From an uncultured Methanosarcinales archaeon (GTDB lineage Archaea; Nanobdellota; Nanobdellia; Woesearchaeales; JACPBV01), in NCBI GenBank assembly GCA_964492935.1, contig CAZBLF010000010.1, positions 1-35,099 on the forward strand: a stretch of 35,099 nucleotides of DNA. The letters are read 5' to 3'. Shown here one piece after another: positions 1-9,428 of this stretch. Position numbers and translations under genes: made by a program. The notes under the pieces are model-generated. The model saw nothing but the letters and a program-made list of their open reading frames with translations, did no database searches and had not been told where the DNA came from. Position 1 is the stretch's first letter; each line of letters begins with the position of its first letter.

Positions 1-115
1 GATCAACGATAAAGACAGCCTTAGATCGCTAATCTTTATCGTTAATCCTGATTCTCTTGATAAGATCCCTGGAGACCGGTCTAGCGCGTCAGTGGCGCCT
101 TCCCAGCGGGACCCC

Positions 116-130
116 CTCCTTCCTTTTCAT
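116..130 (-). pseudogene. Probable 5' fragment of ribosomal protein uL29 (MKRKE), followed by unrelated structured sequence
   Basis: ATG at 130 in an ATGA overlap with a TGA in the uS3 frame, at the conserved uL29 position; frame stops after 13 codons (MKRKEGVPLGRRH*). Confidence 0.4.
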
Positions 131-171
131 TCTTTCTTGACCTCTTTAGGTGCTTCTTCTTATGCAGGTTT

Positions 172-921
172 TTATTCTGCTTTCTTGTCTCTTTTAGGAG
201 TTTCTTCTTTTGTATCAGCTTTTTCTTCCTTAGCTGGCTTTTCTTCTGTTTTCTTGTCTTCTTTAGCAGCGCCCTCAGCTTTCTTGTCCTTTGTGTCAGC
301 TTTTTCTGGAGTGATTTCTTCTACACCTGCTTCCAGATTGATATCGTCAGCCAATCCTTCTTTCGTTGGCATTATTGATACTTTGATTCCCACAACGCCG
401 GTTTTTAGGCGTGCAATTCCGTAAGCAACATTGACTTTGGTCAGGGCGGTATCTCCGCATTTCTTGAGGTATCCTTGGTAGAATCTCCATGCACGTGCTC
501 GTGAACTTGGAATTTTACCAGAGACCACAATTTCAACTCCTGCTGCGCCTCCTTCCATAACTTCTGCCATGACTCGGTGACCGATGCCTTTGAATTTGCT
601 GGTTCCGAATCGTTCGAGGAAGTCGCTGATTTTGTCGGCGATGATATTGGGGTCGAGACCCGGTACAGGGACTTCTGCAATTTCAATCTGAGGATTGTCA
701 AATTTGAACTGATCTTTAAGGCTGGAGGTTAATGATTTGATGTTTTCTCCTTTTCTTCCTACTACGAGTCCTGGACGTGAGGAAGCGATGATGATTTTCT
801 CTCCCAAGGGTGTTTTCTGTACTTTGATGTCACTTATACCTGAGCCTCTCATTTTTGTTCGTACAAATGATTCTACCTGGTACTCTTTCAGTTTTTCTTC
901 GACAAATTTTCGCTCAATCAT
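172..921 (-). CDS. rps3: 30S ribosomal protein uS3 with K/E-rich C-terminal tail
   Basis: KH motif RPGLVVGRKG, GVEIVVSGK, KTGVVGIKVSI; operon position. Confidence 0.98.
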   Translation of the reverse strand: MIERKFVEEKLKEYQVESFVRTKMRGSGISDIKVQKTPLGEKIIIASSRPGLVVGRKGENIKSLTSSLKDQFKFDNPQIEIAEVPVPGLDPNIIADKISDFLERFGTSKFKGIGHRVMAEVMEGGAAGVEIVVSGKIPSSRARAWRFYQGYLKKCGDTALTKVNVAYGIARLKTGVVGIKVSIMPTKEGLADDINLEAGVEEITPEKADTKDKKAEGAAKEDKKTEEKPAKEEKADTKEETPKRDKKAE

Positions 922-1514
922 TCTTTCTTGTCACCTTGACTTTCTTTTTTCTTAGGAGCTTCTTTAGGAATTTCTTCAGCTTTAGGTTTTTCTTTGGCTG
1001 GTTCCTCGGTTTTAGTGGGTGTTTTTTCAGTTTTAGTAACAGGATCTTTCTTTGTTTCTGCTTTAGGCGTTTCTTTTTTCTTCTCTCCCTTAGTTGCAGA
1101 GAGATCTTCAGCAACGACAATGGTTACATGGGTTCTCTTTGCTTTTCGTCTTCGCTGTCTTCCGTAACGGTGAGGACGAGAGCCTTCATTTGCAACGCTT
1201 TGCGTGATGATAAGATCGTTTGTATTGAGACCTTTGAATTGTGCGTTAGCTTCGGCACTTTCTAGTAAGCTTAATATTTCTCCTGCTGCTTTGATGGGGT
1301 ATCTTCCAGGCCCCATTCCACGACGGTGGCTGGCACTGCTGTTGAATTTCTTGTAGGCAATGGGCTGTTTTTGTTCTTTAACGTTATAGAGTAGCTTTTT
1401 CGCACTATCAAGGCGCATATTGCGAATGGATCTGCAGATTTCACAGGAAGCTTTGGTGGAGATAGGTATCCCTCGTCCGGTGACCTTTGCTGTGTTTGTT
1501 TCTTTTTTTGCCAT
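918..1514 (-). CDS. rpl22: 50S ribosomal protein uL22 with K/E/P-rich tail
   Basis: ISTKASCEICRSIR, GRYPIKAA, NAQFKGL, THVTIVV. Confidence 0.97.
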   Translation of the reverse strand: MAKKETNTAKVTGRGIPISTKASCEICRSIRNMRLDSAKKLLYNVKEQKQPIAYKKFNSSASHRRGMGPGRYPIKAAGEILSLLESAEANAQFKGLNTNDLIITQSVANEGSRPHRYGRQRRRKAKRTHVTIVVAEDLSATKGEKKKETPKAETKKDPVTKTEKTPTKTEEPAKEKPKAEEIPKEAPKKKESQGDKKE

Positions 1515-1566
1515 TTTATTGAAAATCTCTTCAGAGATTTTTAATCCCTCACACCTTTGGTGTGAG
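1515..1566. repeat. Double-hairpin intergenic repeat, copy 1
   Basis: 36/41 nt identical to 14305-14345; stems attgaaaatctc/gagatttttaat and ctcacacc/ggtgtgag. Confidence 0.85.
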
Positions 1567-1950
1567 TTATTTCACAGATAATGCTGCTGAGCTTTTTGTA
1601 GCGCCCACACCTGGTGCTGAATGTGCGACACGAGATCTTGTTGAGACGAATTCTCCAATGTAATGTCCAAGCATTTCGAAGGTCAATTCGACTGGTGCGA
1701 ACTCTTTTCCGGTATGGATTTTGATGGTTGCACCAATCATTTCTGGGATCACTACCATGTCTTTGCAGTGCGTTTCAATGTTTCTTTTCTTCGCTTTGAT
1801 TTTCTTTAAGAGCGTCTTGTGTTCATCCGACTGGCCTCGCTTAAGACTGCGTCTCTGACGTGAAGGGATAAGTTCCATAAAGTCTTGAAGGCTCATAGCC
1901 ATTACTTCGTCCTGTGTTTTGCCGCGAAAGACAAATTCTTTTTTTGCCAT
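1567..1950 (-). CDS. rps19: 30S ribosomal protein uS19
   Basis: FRGKT, RQRRSLKRG, EMLGHYIGEF, PGVGATKSS. Confidence 0.98.
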   Translation of the reverse strand: MAKKEFVFRGKTQDEVMAMSLQDFMELIPSRQRRSLKRGQSDEHKTLLKKIKAKKRNIETHCKDMVVIPEMIGATIKIHTGKEFAPVELTFEMLGHYIGEFVSTRSRVAHSAPGVGATKSSAALSVK

Positions 1951-1951
1951 G

Positions 1952-2665
1952 TTACTTGTTCCTCCTCCCTGTTCTTCTTGGTGCGATCTTTCCTACCTTA
2001 CGACCTGGTGGAGCATTACGTGATGTGCTTGTTGGTTTTCCTTTATGGGAGGTTGAAGATCCTCCGTAGGGGTGGTCTACAGCGTTCATGGATGTTCCTG
2101 ATACCTTAGGCCACATTTTGTTTTTGGCTTTCATAGCCATGAATTTGAATCCTGCTTTTAGGAATGGTTTTTCTTTTCTTCCAGATCCTGCTGCTTTTCC
2201 GATTGATGCTCTGCAGGTGCCAAGGAATGATCGTTCTTTTTTGGAAGGAAGTAAGATGGTTACTTTTTTGCCCTGTTTTGCGAGTATTTTTGCTGCACCG
2301 CCTGAGGTTCGGACGAATTTACCGCCGTCTCCAGGGGTTCCTTCGATGTTGAAGATGAGTGTTCCTTCTGGAATATCTTCCAGCGGTAGGATGTTTCCTG
2401 ATTCTACAGGTGCGCCTTTGCCTATAACGATGGTGTCGTCTACAGCAATTCCTTCAGGGGCTTGCATCAGCTTTTTTTCTCCGTTCTGTTTGAATTCTAC
2501 GAGTGGGGTTGAGTGTCCAGCACAGTGAACGATATCGGTCACTTGTACTTGTACCTGTTCTGCTTCTAGACGAGGGTAGGCAGCCTTTCCTTTGTAGCGG
2601 AAGCTTGGTGCGCGGTACGTTGTTGTACCTTTTCCTCTCTTTTGCTGAATTAGGCTTTTTCCCAT
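1952..2665 (-). CDS. rpl2: 50S ribosomal protein uL2
   Basis: MGKSLIQQKRGKG, MNAVDHPYGG, PPGRKVGKIAPRRTG. Confidence 0.98.
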   Translation of the reverse strand: MGKSLIQQKRGKGTTTYRAPSFRYKGKAAYPRLEAEQVQVQVTDIVHCAGHSTPLVEFKQNGEKKLMQAPEGIAVDDTIVIGKGAPVESGNILPLEDIPEGTLIFNIEGTPGDGGKFVRTSGGAAKILAKQGKKVTILLPSKKERSFLGTCRASIGKAAGSGRKEKPFLKAGFKFMAMKAKNKMWPKVSGTSMNAVDHPYGGSSTSHKGKPTSTSRNAPPGRKVGKIAPRRTGRRNK

Positions 2666-2666
2666 T

Positions 2667-2921
2667 TTAGATTAATCCTAGTTTTGTTGCGATATCGATA
2701 GCAGGTGTTTCACTATTGAATCTGACGTATGCCTTTTTCTTTCCTGCAGGCGTAGTTAGTGTGTTGATTTTGGTGACTTTTGATTTGAACACGGCTTCGA
2801 TCTCTTTCTTGATCTCTCGTTTGGTTGCTTTATTAGCTACAATGAATGCTAGGGTGTTCTCGCTTTCCATAAGGCGAATTACTTTTTCCGTTGATAAGGG
2901 GTATTTTATGATATCTTCCAT
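2667..2921 (-). CDS. rpl23: 50S ribosomal protein uL23
   Basis: PLSTEK, KINTL, GKKKAYVR, AIDIATKLG. Confidence 0.97.
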   Translation of the reverse strand: MEDIIKYPLSTEKVIRLMESENTLAFIVANKATKREIKKEIEAVFKSKVTKINTLTTPAGKKKAYVRFNSETPAIDIATKLGLI

Positions 2922-2922
2922 C

Positions 2923-3729
2923 TTACATGAACAACTCGTCTTTTTTTAGTGCGCTGATGGCGTCTTCGGTGTAGAGTGTAACTCGACCGGGTACGCCGCC
3001 AGGTGCAAGGAGCTCGGCATTTAATTCATTCACTCTGCAGATGTCTGCTCCGGGAATGTTTTTACTTGCTTTTACTAATTTGGTATCGTTACCTACTACT
3101 AGAAGCACACCCTTTTTCTTGTTATATTTTCGGGTACGTCCTTTTCCTTTACCTGCACGCACGTTTTTTTGTTTGCTTCTATGTAATTCGTTTTCGAACC
3201 CGAGTTTGGTGAGCATTTCTACCACGTCTTTGGTTTTAGCTAGCTTTTCGGTGCTCTTTTCAATGATGAATGGGAATTGTTCTGGGACTTTGTGGCCTCG
3301 ACTAGCAGCTAATTCTTTGTCGAGTGATGCTGCAATGGCAGATCGAAGTGCTTTTTTTCGTTCTTTCTTATTGAGTTCTTGCCAGTGCTGCTTATCAGCT
3401 TTTAATGGATGGGAGCGACGGCCACCTACGGTTCCGGGAGCGAGTGCTCCTTGCCAGTTCATTCTGGTTCCTCGTCTACTCATGATTTTTCTTGGAACTC
3501 GAGAGATTCCGATACCATAACAGCCACGGTAGTTGTGTCTTCTTTTAGAGACGGTAGCGGACGGGCGTTTACCGGCTTCATCATATGCTCCTTCACGCTG
3601 TCTCTTGTGAGATTGAATTGCGATGACTGCACGCTCAATCAAGTCAGGTCGGATGGATTCATTAAATTGTGGAGGTAGCTCTACCTCTCCGGATACCTTC
3701 CCTGTTTTGTCGAGTACGTTTACTTTCAT
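2923..3729 (-). CDS. rpl4: 50S ribosomal protein uL4 (archaeal type)
   Basis: IRPDLIERAV, GISRVPR, PGTVGGRRSHP, LLAPGGVPGR. Confidence 0.98.
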   Translation of the reverse strand: MKVNVLDKTGKVSGEVELPPQFNESIRPDLIERAVIAIQSHKRQREGAYDEAGKRPSATVSKRRHNYRGCYGIGISRVPRKIMSRRGTRMNWQGALAPGTVGGRRSHPLKADKQHWQELNKKERKKALRSAIAASLDKELAASRGHKVPEQFPFIIEKSTEKLAKTKDVVEMLTKLGFENELHRSKQKNVRAGKGKGRTRKYNKKKGVLLVVGNDTKLVKASKNIPGADICRVNELNAELLAPGGVPGRVTLYTEDAISALKKDELFM

Positions 3730-4694
3730 TGTAACCTGCTATTGAATGTGATTTCTGGAACCTCTTTGGGTATGTTTGAGCGTGGACGTGATGCGTGGCT
3801 AATTCGGACGAGTCGTTTTTTGGATCCGCCGGTGGATCCTTTCAGTAAAATGTAGGGATTTTTTATCAAGCCATATTTTCTGAATCCGTCCTTAGGATTG
3901 TTTTCTGGTTTTTCGGAAACCTGAAGCACCCATTTATTGTATTCGGTTCGTCTGAAGAATCCGGTTTGACCTGAGAATGCGATTTTCCACATGTGATTTA
4001 CCTGACCTTTCCATGCTCCAAGACTTCCTGGGCGTCTTCGTCCTTTTTCGGACTTGTGACTTTTTAGGGATATTCCAAGTCTTCGGACGGGGCCTTGTAC
4101 TCCCATGCCTTTGGTAACTGCGTGAATGTCTACCTGGGATCCGGGTTGAATAATATCTGAAACATTGATTTCTTTTCCTAGCATTTCTTTTGCGTATGCT
4201 AGCTGTTCTTCTTTGTTTCCGCCAATCCCTACTTCGAAGAGTTCAGGTTTCTTTTTTCCAATGGTGGTTCTAGAAGGCAGTGTTTGTACGAGCAGATTGA
4301 TGTGATCATATTCTTTGATGTCTTCGACCTTTGTTTTAGGTTTTTTAGGCATGGTTCTCTTGCGAGCAAGATCCTTGTCGAAGGCGGTAGCATAGACTTC
4401 ACCCACGACGAGTTTGTAGTTGTTAACGGTGTTGTAGAATCGAGCAGAAACGGCTTTTAATGGTGGGCATTCGATGATGGTCACGGGAATCCGAATCGGA
4501 GTATTTTTGGACAGGGTATTGGGATTGTTGTCAATGGCCATCACGTGGGCCATCCCGACTTTATAGCCGGCGAATCCCAGCAGCTTGGCTTCTTTTTGTG
4601 GAAGCCATCTTCTCACACGCGCCACCGGTGACTTAGCGCGCGATCTAGGATGAAACTGTAAACTTCCTTTCCTTGGAGTACTTTTTTTTGCCAT
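3726..4694 (-). CDS. rpl3: 50S ribosomal protein uL3
   Basis: PRKGSLQFHPR, GFAGYKVGM, TKGMGVQGPVRR, GQTGFFRRTEYNK. Confidence 0.98.
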   Translation of the reverse strand: MAKKSTPRKGSLQFHPRSRAKSPVARVRRWLPQKEAKLLGFAGYKVGMAHVMAIDNNPNTLSKNTPIRIPVTIIECPPLKAVSARFYNTVNNYKLVVGEVYATAFDKDLARKRTMPKKPKTKVEDIKEYDHINLLVQTLPSRTTIGKKKPELFEVGIGGNKEEQLAYAKEMLGKEINVSDIIQPGSQVDIHAVTKGMGVQGPVRRLGISLKSHKSEKGRRRPGSLGAWKGQVNHMWKIAFSGQTGFFRRTEYNKWVLQVSEKPENNPKDGFRKYGLIKNPYILLKGSTGGSKKRLVRISHASRPRSNIPKEVPEITFNSRLQ

Positions 4695-4880
4695 GTTATA
4701 GAGCTAACTCTTGCTTTTTTGTCAATGAACAACACCGTTTGATGACCCTTCTTTTTAGAAACAGAACTCTCTAGGAACTGTACTGAAAAGCGTCTTTTCA
4801 GGCGTGTTTCCTATATATGCTACCCTTTAGCATATATGTGCTAACTTGAAAGGTTTGTAAATTAGGGTTCCTTTATAAAG
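4695..4880 (-). promoter_or_regulatory. Promoter and structured 5' leader of the uL3 operon
   Basis: TTTATAAA at about 4872-4879; hairpins at 4813-4837 (10 bp) and 4783-4801 (8 bp, nested in taggaac/gtttccta). Confidence 0.55.
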
Positions 4881-4932
4881 GTTATGTGGAATACAGGCGA
4901 AGATTTATATATGGCTTTGTCTGTAAAATTGT

Positions 4933-5013
4933 ATGGCACTTCAGGTGAGTAATCTCAAGCGTTCTATTCTTGGAGTATTGATGGGGATAAGGTATAAGAA
5001 ATTCGGCAAATGA
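4933..5013 (+). CDS. Putative 26-aa micro-protein/uORF (MALQVSNLKRSILGVLMGIRYKKFGK)
   Basis: TTTATATA about 22 nt upstream of the ATG; stop overlaps the next start (ATGA). Confidence 0.4.
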   Translation: MALQVSNLKRSILGVLMGIRYKKFGK

Positions 5014-6047
5014 CCTTTCTGTTTACAGTATCGGGAGAGGATCCGGAGTTGGCCGCGTTTGAAATTGAGCAGTTGTTGCACCCTAAGAATTTAGTTAGGC
5101 GGGGAAGACTGGTGTTTGGAGATGTTTCTAAGGTGAATCAAAAATTGTTTTCGCGTTTGGCGTATACTCATTCAGTGTATGAATATTTGTTTACCGTTCC
5201 GCTCAGGCAGCTCGAGGATCATATGGCGAAGGTAGAGTGGGGTGCGCATGTCAAGGGTAGTTTTTGTTTGCGTTTGTATGGGAAACCGTACACAAACTCG
5301 GAGACGTTTACGGAGTCTTTTCTTGCTGGATTTATTTGGAGGGGATTGACGCACCCGAAAGTGGAATTGGAAACGCCCGATAGCACTATTGCTCTGTTTG
5401 TTGTTCGGAATAAGGTGTATTGTGGGGTGTTGCATACGTCCTTAGATCATGATTTTGAAGATAGAAAGGCACACCATCGACCGGCATTGCATCCTACGGC
5501 ATTGCATCCGAGGATGGCACGGTGTTTGGTAAATTTAAGTGGGATTTCTAGTGGCGTGGTTGCTGATCCTTTTTGTGGGAGCGCAGGTATTTTGATTGAG
5601 GCGGGTTTGATGGGATTGAAGGTAAAAGGATATGATTTGTATCAGGAAATGCTAGATAGGGCTAAGGCCAATTTGGATTTTTTTTCTTTGAAAGGTTATA
5701 AGTTGGTGTGTGGTGATGCATTGCATCTGCGAGATAAGCTGAAATATGTAGTGTCGGATGTGCCGTATGGTATGAACTCTTCGGTTTGGGTTTCGACCGA
5801 GTGTGGAAACGAGAAAATAAATTTGAAGCAGCAGGAACCCAGGAGTAGGATCCGGAATTTGAAGGAGTTTTATCTTGCTTTTTTGCAAAATTTGCACGGA
5901 ATTTTGGGTACACGGGCCGTATTAATTTTTCCGCACTATGCTAAGGCCAAGGTGTTGTTGGGCAAGGCAGGGTTTACTATTACTGGGAGTTTTAAGCAGC
6001 GTATTCATCGGAGTTTGACGCGAGAGATCTTTGTTGTAGAACCTTAG
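5010..6047 (+). CDS. THUMP-domain tRNA (guanine-N2) methyltransferase, Trm11/TrmG10-like
   Basis: HPTALHPRMARCLVNL, DPFCGSAGILIEAG, DVPYG, IHRSLTREI. Confidence 0.88.
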   Translation: MTFLFTVSGEDPELAAFEIEQLLHPKNLVRRGRLVFGDVSKVNQKLFSRLAYTHSVYEYLFTVPLRQLEDHMAKVEWGAHVKGSFCLRLYGKPYTNSETFTESFLAGFIWRGLTHPKVELETPDSTIALFVVRNKVYCGVLHTSLDHDFEDRKAHHRPALHPTALHPRMARCLVNLSGISSGVVADPFCGSAGILIEAGLMGLKVKGYDLYQEMLDRAKANLDFFSLKGYKLVCGDALHLRDKLKYVVSDVPYGMNSSVWVSTECGNEKINLKQQEPRSRIRNLKEFYLAFLQNLHGILGTRAVLIFPHYAKAKVLLGKAGFTITGSFKQRIHRSLTREIFVVEP

Positions 6048-7540
6048 TGTTTTTCTTCTGTAAAAAAGTGGCGATGGATGATTTCTTTGATGAAGAGGAA
6101 GTAGCCGCCCACATATAATATACAGTTCATGAGCCAAAAGATGACAAAGAAGAAGGTGATGAAATATTCTCCGCTAGAGAACAGAAAGGCAATGGTCTGG
6201 AAAAAGTATCTGGTGAGATCGCTAAAAAAGAGATAGACGTAGTAACCGAAGAAAGCCATTCCTGCTAGTACGGCGATGAGGAAGATTTCTTTTTCTATGA
6301 TGTCGATGTTTTCGAGGATATAGATAGTTAGGGTGATGCTAAGGATGGCCAATGCTGCAATGGTGATGGCTGTTGTTTTATTTGGAATGAGGTATTGGAG
6401 CCAGGAGGTCGTTTCGGTTAGTGTACGGGTTGTGAAGTCTGCTCCTACGAGGATCTGGCTGTTGATTTTTTGAACTTTAAAGAGAGGGAAGGTTATGAAT
6501 GAGGTTACTCCTAGGATTATTGCGGCGTGCGTTAGTTTGGCTACATGAACCAGTCTTCCACTAAAGAAGCGATACCAGATGAAGGTAGGTAGTAATAGAA
6601 AAAAAAGCATTGCGATAAGATTGCCGATGTAGATGGTCGCAGTGAAGAGTGTGTTGAGGAGATTTTTTCCGGCAATATCTTGGAAGAAGAGATAGATGAG
6701 ACTGGTATGGTTGGGTCCGAGTTGTTCGAAGTAGAGGTGGTCTTTGATTCCTAGTAAGTAGGGGATGAAAAAGTTAGCAACGTCGGTGAGTGCGTGTAAT
6801 GCGAGCAAGCCCATGAGCGTTAGTAGTACCGTCTTCTTGTTCGCTATCATTTCTAGGAATTTTTCATAGAAAGCTTCACCCATGTTTCCGATTTTGTGGA
6901 GGAAACCATCTGCGCTGAAGTGTTTATGGTAGCGGATGATGATGAAGAAATAAAAGAGGATTCCAAACATGGCCAATGGAGCGTCTACCGCTATGGCTAG
7001 CCATTCGGTTGCTAGATTGAATATGAGAACGAAGAATGCGATGAGTGTAAGGAACATGGTGGTGAATCTGTGGAGTATGTTGAGCACTGATTTTTTTGGT
7101 GCTCCCGATTCGTGAATGATGGCCATGAATGATTTTTCTCTTATTTCTAGTGTTGCTGCAAGTGCTAGGGAGAGTGCTAGAAGAATACTTCCTGCTGCGA
7201 TGAAGGTGTATTTTTCTAGGATGACGGTGTTATTGACGATCCAGGCGAAGAGTGTGTGGAAGAACTCGGCGTGTTCGGCACCGATATGAGCGATGGCAAC
7301 GACGTTCTTTACTATGAATAGGAAATAGGCTATCAGGATGATGATGTCTACGGAGCGTTTTTTATTTCCGAAGAGCAGATGGGTGATGGAGGCTTTATAG
7401 AAGAGATATCCGAGGATGGCCCAGGATAACAGCTTTTTTGCAAAGTCGAGGTCTTCTGGTAAGAATTCTAGGAAATCTGTGATTTGTAATAGTACAATAC
7501 CCAATAGGAAGAGTTCCTCGAGGCGGTGTTTGAAGGTCAT
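6044..7540 (-). CDS. Multi-pass membrane protein, unknown function
   Basis: 498 aa with more than 10 hydrophobic segments. Confidence 0.8.
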   Translation of the reverse strand: MTFKHRLEELFLLGIVLLQITDFLEFLPEDLDFAKKLLSWAILGYLFYKASITHLLFGNKKRSVDIIILIAYFLFIVKNVVAIAHIGAEHAEFFHTLFAWIVNNTVILEKYTFIAAGSILLALSLALAATLEIREKSFMAIIHESGAPKKSVLNILHRFTTMFLTLIAFFVLIFNLATEWLAIAVDAPLAMFGILFYFFIIIRYHKHFSADGFLHKIGNMGEAFYEKFLEMIANKKTVLLTLMGLLALHALTDVANFFIPYLLGIKDHLYFEQLGPNHTSLIYLFFQDIAGKNLLNTLFTATIYIGNLIAMLFFLLLPTFIWYRFFSGRLVHVAKLTHAAIILGVTSFITFPLFKVQKINSQILVGADFTTRTLTETTSWLQYLIPNKTTAITIAALAILSITLTIYILENIDIIEKEIFLIAVLAGMAFFGYYVYLFFSDLTRYFFQTIAFLFSSGEYFITFFFVIFWLMNCILYVGGYFLFIKEIIHRHFFTEEKH

Positions 7541-7617
7541 TACTTGGTTCTTGATTTTAGTGTTTAAAATGGTTTCTCTGCTAAAGATTTATTAAGAAAA
7601 CTTGGCTTTCCTTGTGA

Positions 7618-8568
7618 ATGGCAAAGACTTTGAAGGATGTGGGCGAATTTGGTCTGATTAAGAAGCTTTTTTCTTCGGTTACGAGCAAGGATGTTGTTGT
7701 TGGGATGGGGGATGATGCCGCTGTGGTGGAGGTTGGCGGAAGGTTGATGTTACTTTCTACTGATTCTCTTGTTGAAGGAGTGCATTTTCGCTTTGACTGG
7801 TTTTCGAATGAGGAGATCGGTAGGAAGGCTATTGAGGTGAATGTTTCTGATCTGTATGCGATGGGAGGGGTAGCAAAGTATGTGCTTGTTAGTATTATTG
7901 CTCCTGCTCGCTTTCCGGTGAAGCGGATCGAGGGTATGTATGCGGGTATGCGTACTGCTTGCAAGAGACATGGAGTGGCGTTGGTGGGTGGTAATGTAGC
8001 TCGCGGTAAGGAGTTTTCTCTTTCGGTGAGCGTGATGGGAGAGGTTGCGAAAAAGGATTTGAAATTGCGTAGTGCTGCTAAACCAGGAGACTTTATCTTT
8101 GTGAGCGATCAGTTGGGATACGGGGCTGCGGGTTTGGCACTTTATCAGAAGAAGATTTCTGGTTTTTCTGCTGTTAAGAAGCGGTACCGGAATCCTGTTG
8201 CTCAATTTTCTAATATTTCGGGTTTTTTGAGATCGATTAATGCTCTTCAAGATGTAACGGATGGATTGGTTGCTGATGTAGGGCATATTTGTGATGCGAG
8301 CAAGGTAGGGGCTGTGTTGTTTGCAGACAATCTTCCGATTGATGATGCGGTTAGAGGAGTTGCTCGGAAACTAAGAGATGATGCCGCACGTTATGCTCTG
8401 TTTGGTGGAGACGATTTAGTTTTTGTCTATACGGTTGCAGAAAAAGATATTTCTAAAGTAAAGGGATATTTGATTGGAGAGATTACGGCTAAGAAGGGTG
8501 TTCGTGTCTATCATCGAGGAAAGGAGAAATTGGTTAAGGGCGGATTTGACCATTTTCTTTCTCGTTAA
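7618..8568 (+). CDS. thiL: Thiamine-monophosphate kinase
   Basis: GEFGLI, GDDAAV, VEGVHF, VNVSDLYAMGG, DVTDGL, GGFDHF. Confidence 0.93.
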   Translation: MAKTLKDVGEFGLIKKLFSSVTSKDVVVGMGDDAAVVEVGGRLMLLSTDSLVEGVHFRFDWFSNEEIGRKAIEVNVSDLYAMGGVAKYVLVSIIAPARFPVKRIEGMYAGMRTACKRHGVALVGGNVARGKEFSLSVSVMGEVAKKDLKLRSAAKPGDFIFVSDQLGYGAAGLALYQKKISGFSAVKKRYRNPVAQFSNISGFLRSINALQDVTDGLVADVGHICDASKVGAVLFADNLPIDDAVRGVARKLRDDAARYALFGGDDLVFVYTVAEKDISKVKGYLIGEITAKKGVRVYHRGKEKLVKGGFDHFLSR

Positions 8569-8606
8569 GCTATAACTTTATATAGAACCGTTCCTTGTTA
8601 GGTGGT

Positions 8607-9428
8607 ATGATTGCAGACATTAAAAAGAGGTTTTCTCGTTCGAGATGTTCTGTTGTTTTGGGACAGATTAAGCAACATAAATTTCTTTTTTCACTTGCTA
8701 CTCTAATTGATTTGTTGTTCTTTGGAGTAGTTGTTGCGATTGGGACTTTTGTTAGTTCTAAAATTCCCACGGATCAGAATCAGTTGTTGCAGATTTTTGG
8801 AAACAGTACTAATTTACTTATCTTTGCTATTATTTATCCTTTGGTGTATTATCTCCTTATGATTCTTTTATATTCTGCTGCGAAGTTATTGGTGCTTCAT
8901 TATTATGAGCGTATGAACAAAAGCATAAAGATCTCATTCTCTCGTTTCTGGCAGTTTTATGGTTTAAATATTGCTTTGTACTTTAGTTTCTTGGGAGTCT
9001 TTTTGTTGATTGTTGGGCTTTTTGGATGGTTGTTGCAGAAAGCATTTATGATGTATGTGCTGTTTGTTATCGTTCCAGTGTTTTTATTTTTTCTATCGGG
9101 TGTCGTGCATATCTCCCATTCGGCGTTTATTCATGGAGTTTCAAAAATAGGATTTCGTAGGAGTTGCAGCATTACTTTTAAGAAATATCGAGCATATGGT
9201 GCCTTTCTTTTCTGGGATTTATTATTTGTGGGTTTGTTTTATGTTCTTTTCAATGTGATTCACATCATTCTTCGGTATACACTCTTTTCGAATCAGGCTA
9301 TCGTTGCTAGACTTTCGCAGCCCTATATTTCAGTCATTAGTTTCGTTTCGTTTGTGTTTCTTTTCCTTATTCTGGGATTCAATCGCGTATACTTTTTAGA
9401 GGCGGATAGGAAGCATGTTTACTCATAA
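8607..9428 (+). CDS. Multi-pass membrane protein, coupled to lgt
   Basis: About 6 TM segments; ATG 8607 lies about 23 nt after TTTATATA; overlaps the lgt start. Confidence 0.75.
   Translation: MIADIKKRFSRSRCSVVLGQIKQHKFLFSLATLIDLLFFGVVVAIGTFVSSKIPTDQNQLLQIFGNSTNLLIFAIIYPLVYYLLMILLYSAAKLLVLHYYERMNKSIKISFSRFWQFYGLNIALYFSFLGVFLLIVGLFGWLLQKAFMMYVLFVIVPVFLFFLSGVVHISHSAFIHGVSKIGFRRSCSITFKKYRAYGAFLFWDLLFVGLFYVLFNVIHIILRYTLFSNQAIVARLSQPYISVISFVSFVFLFLILGFNRVYFLEADRKHVYS

Noticed and set aside
50..70. CTTATCAAGAG resembling the SAM-I riboswitch 5' motif (minus strand)
   Set aside because: Downstream SAM-I elements are absent
127..174. Genome-wide TAA reassignment suggested by in-frame TAAs in the uS3 tail
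   Set aside because: TAA terminates rps19, rpl2, rpl23, gyrA and others at the expected positions
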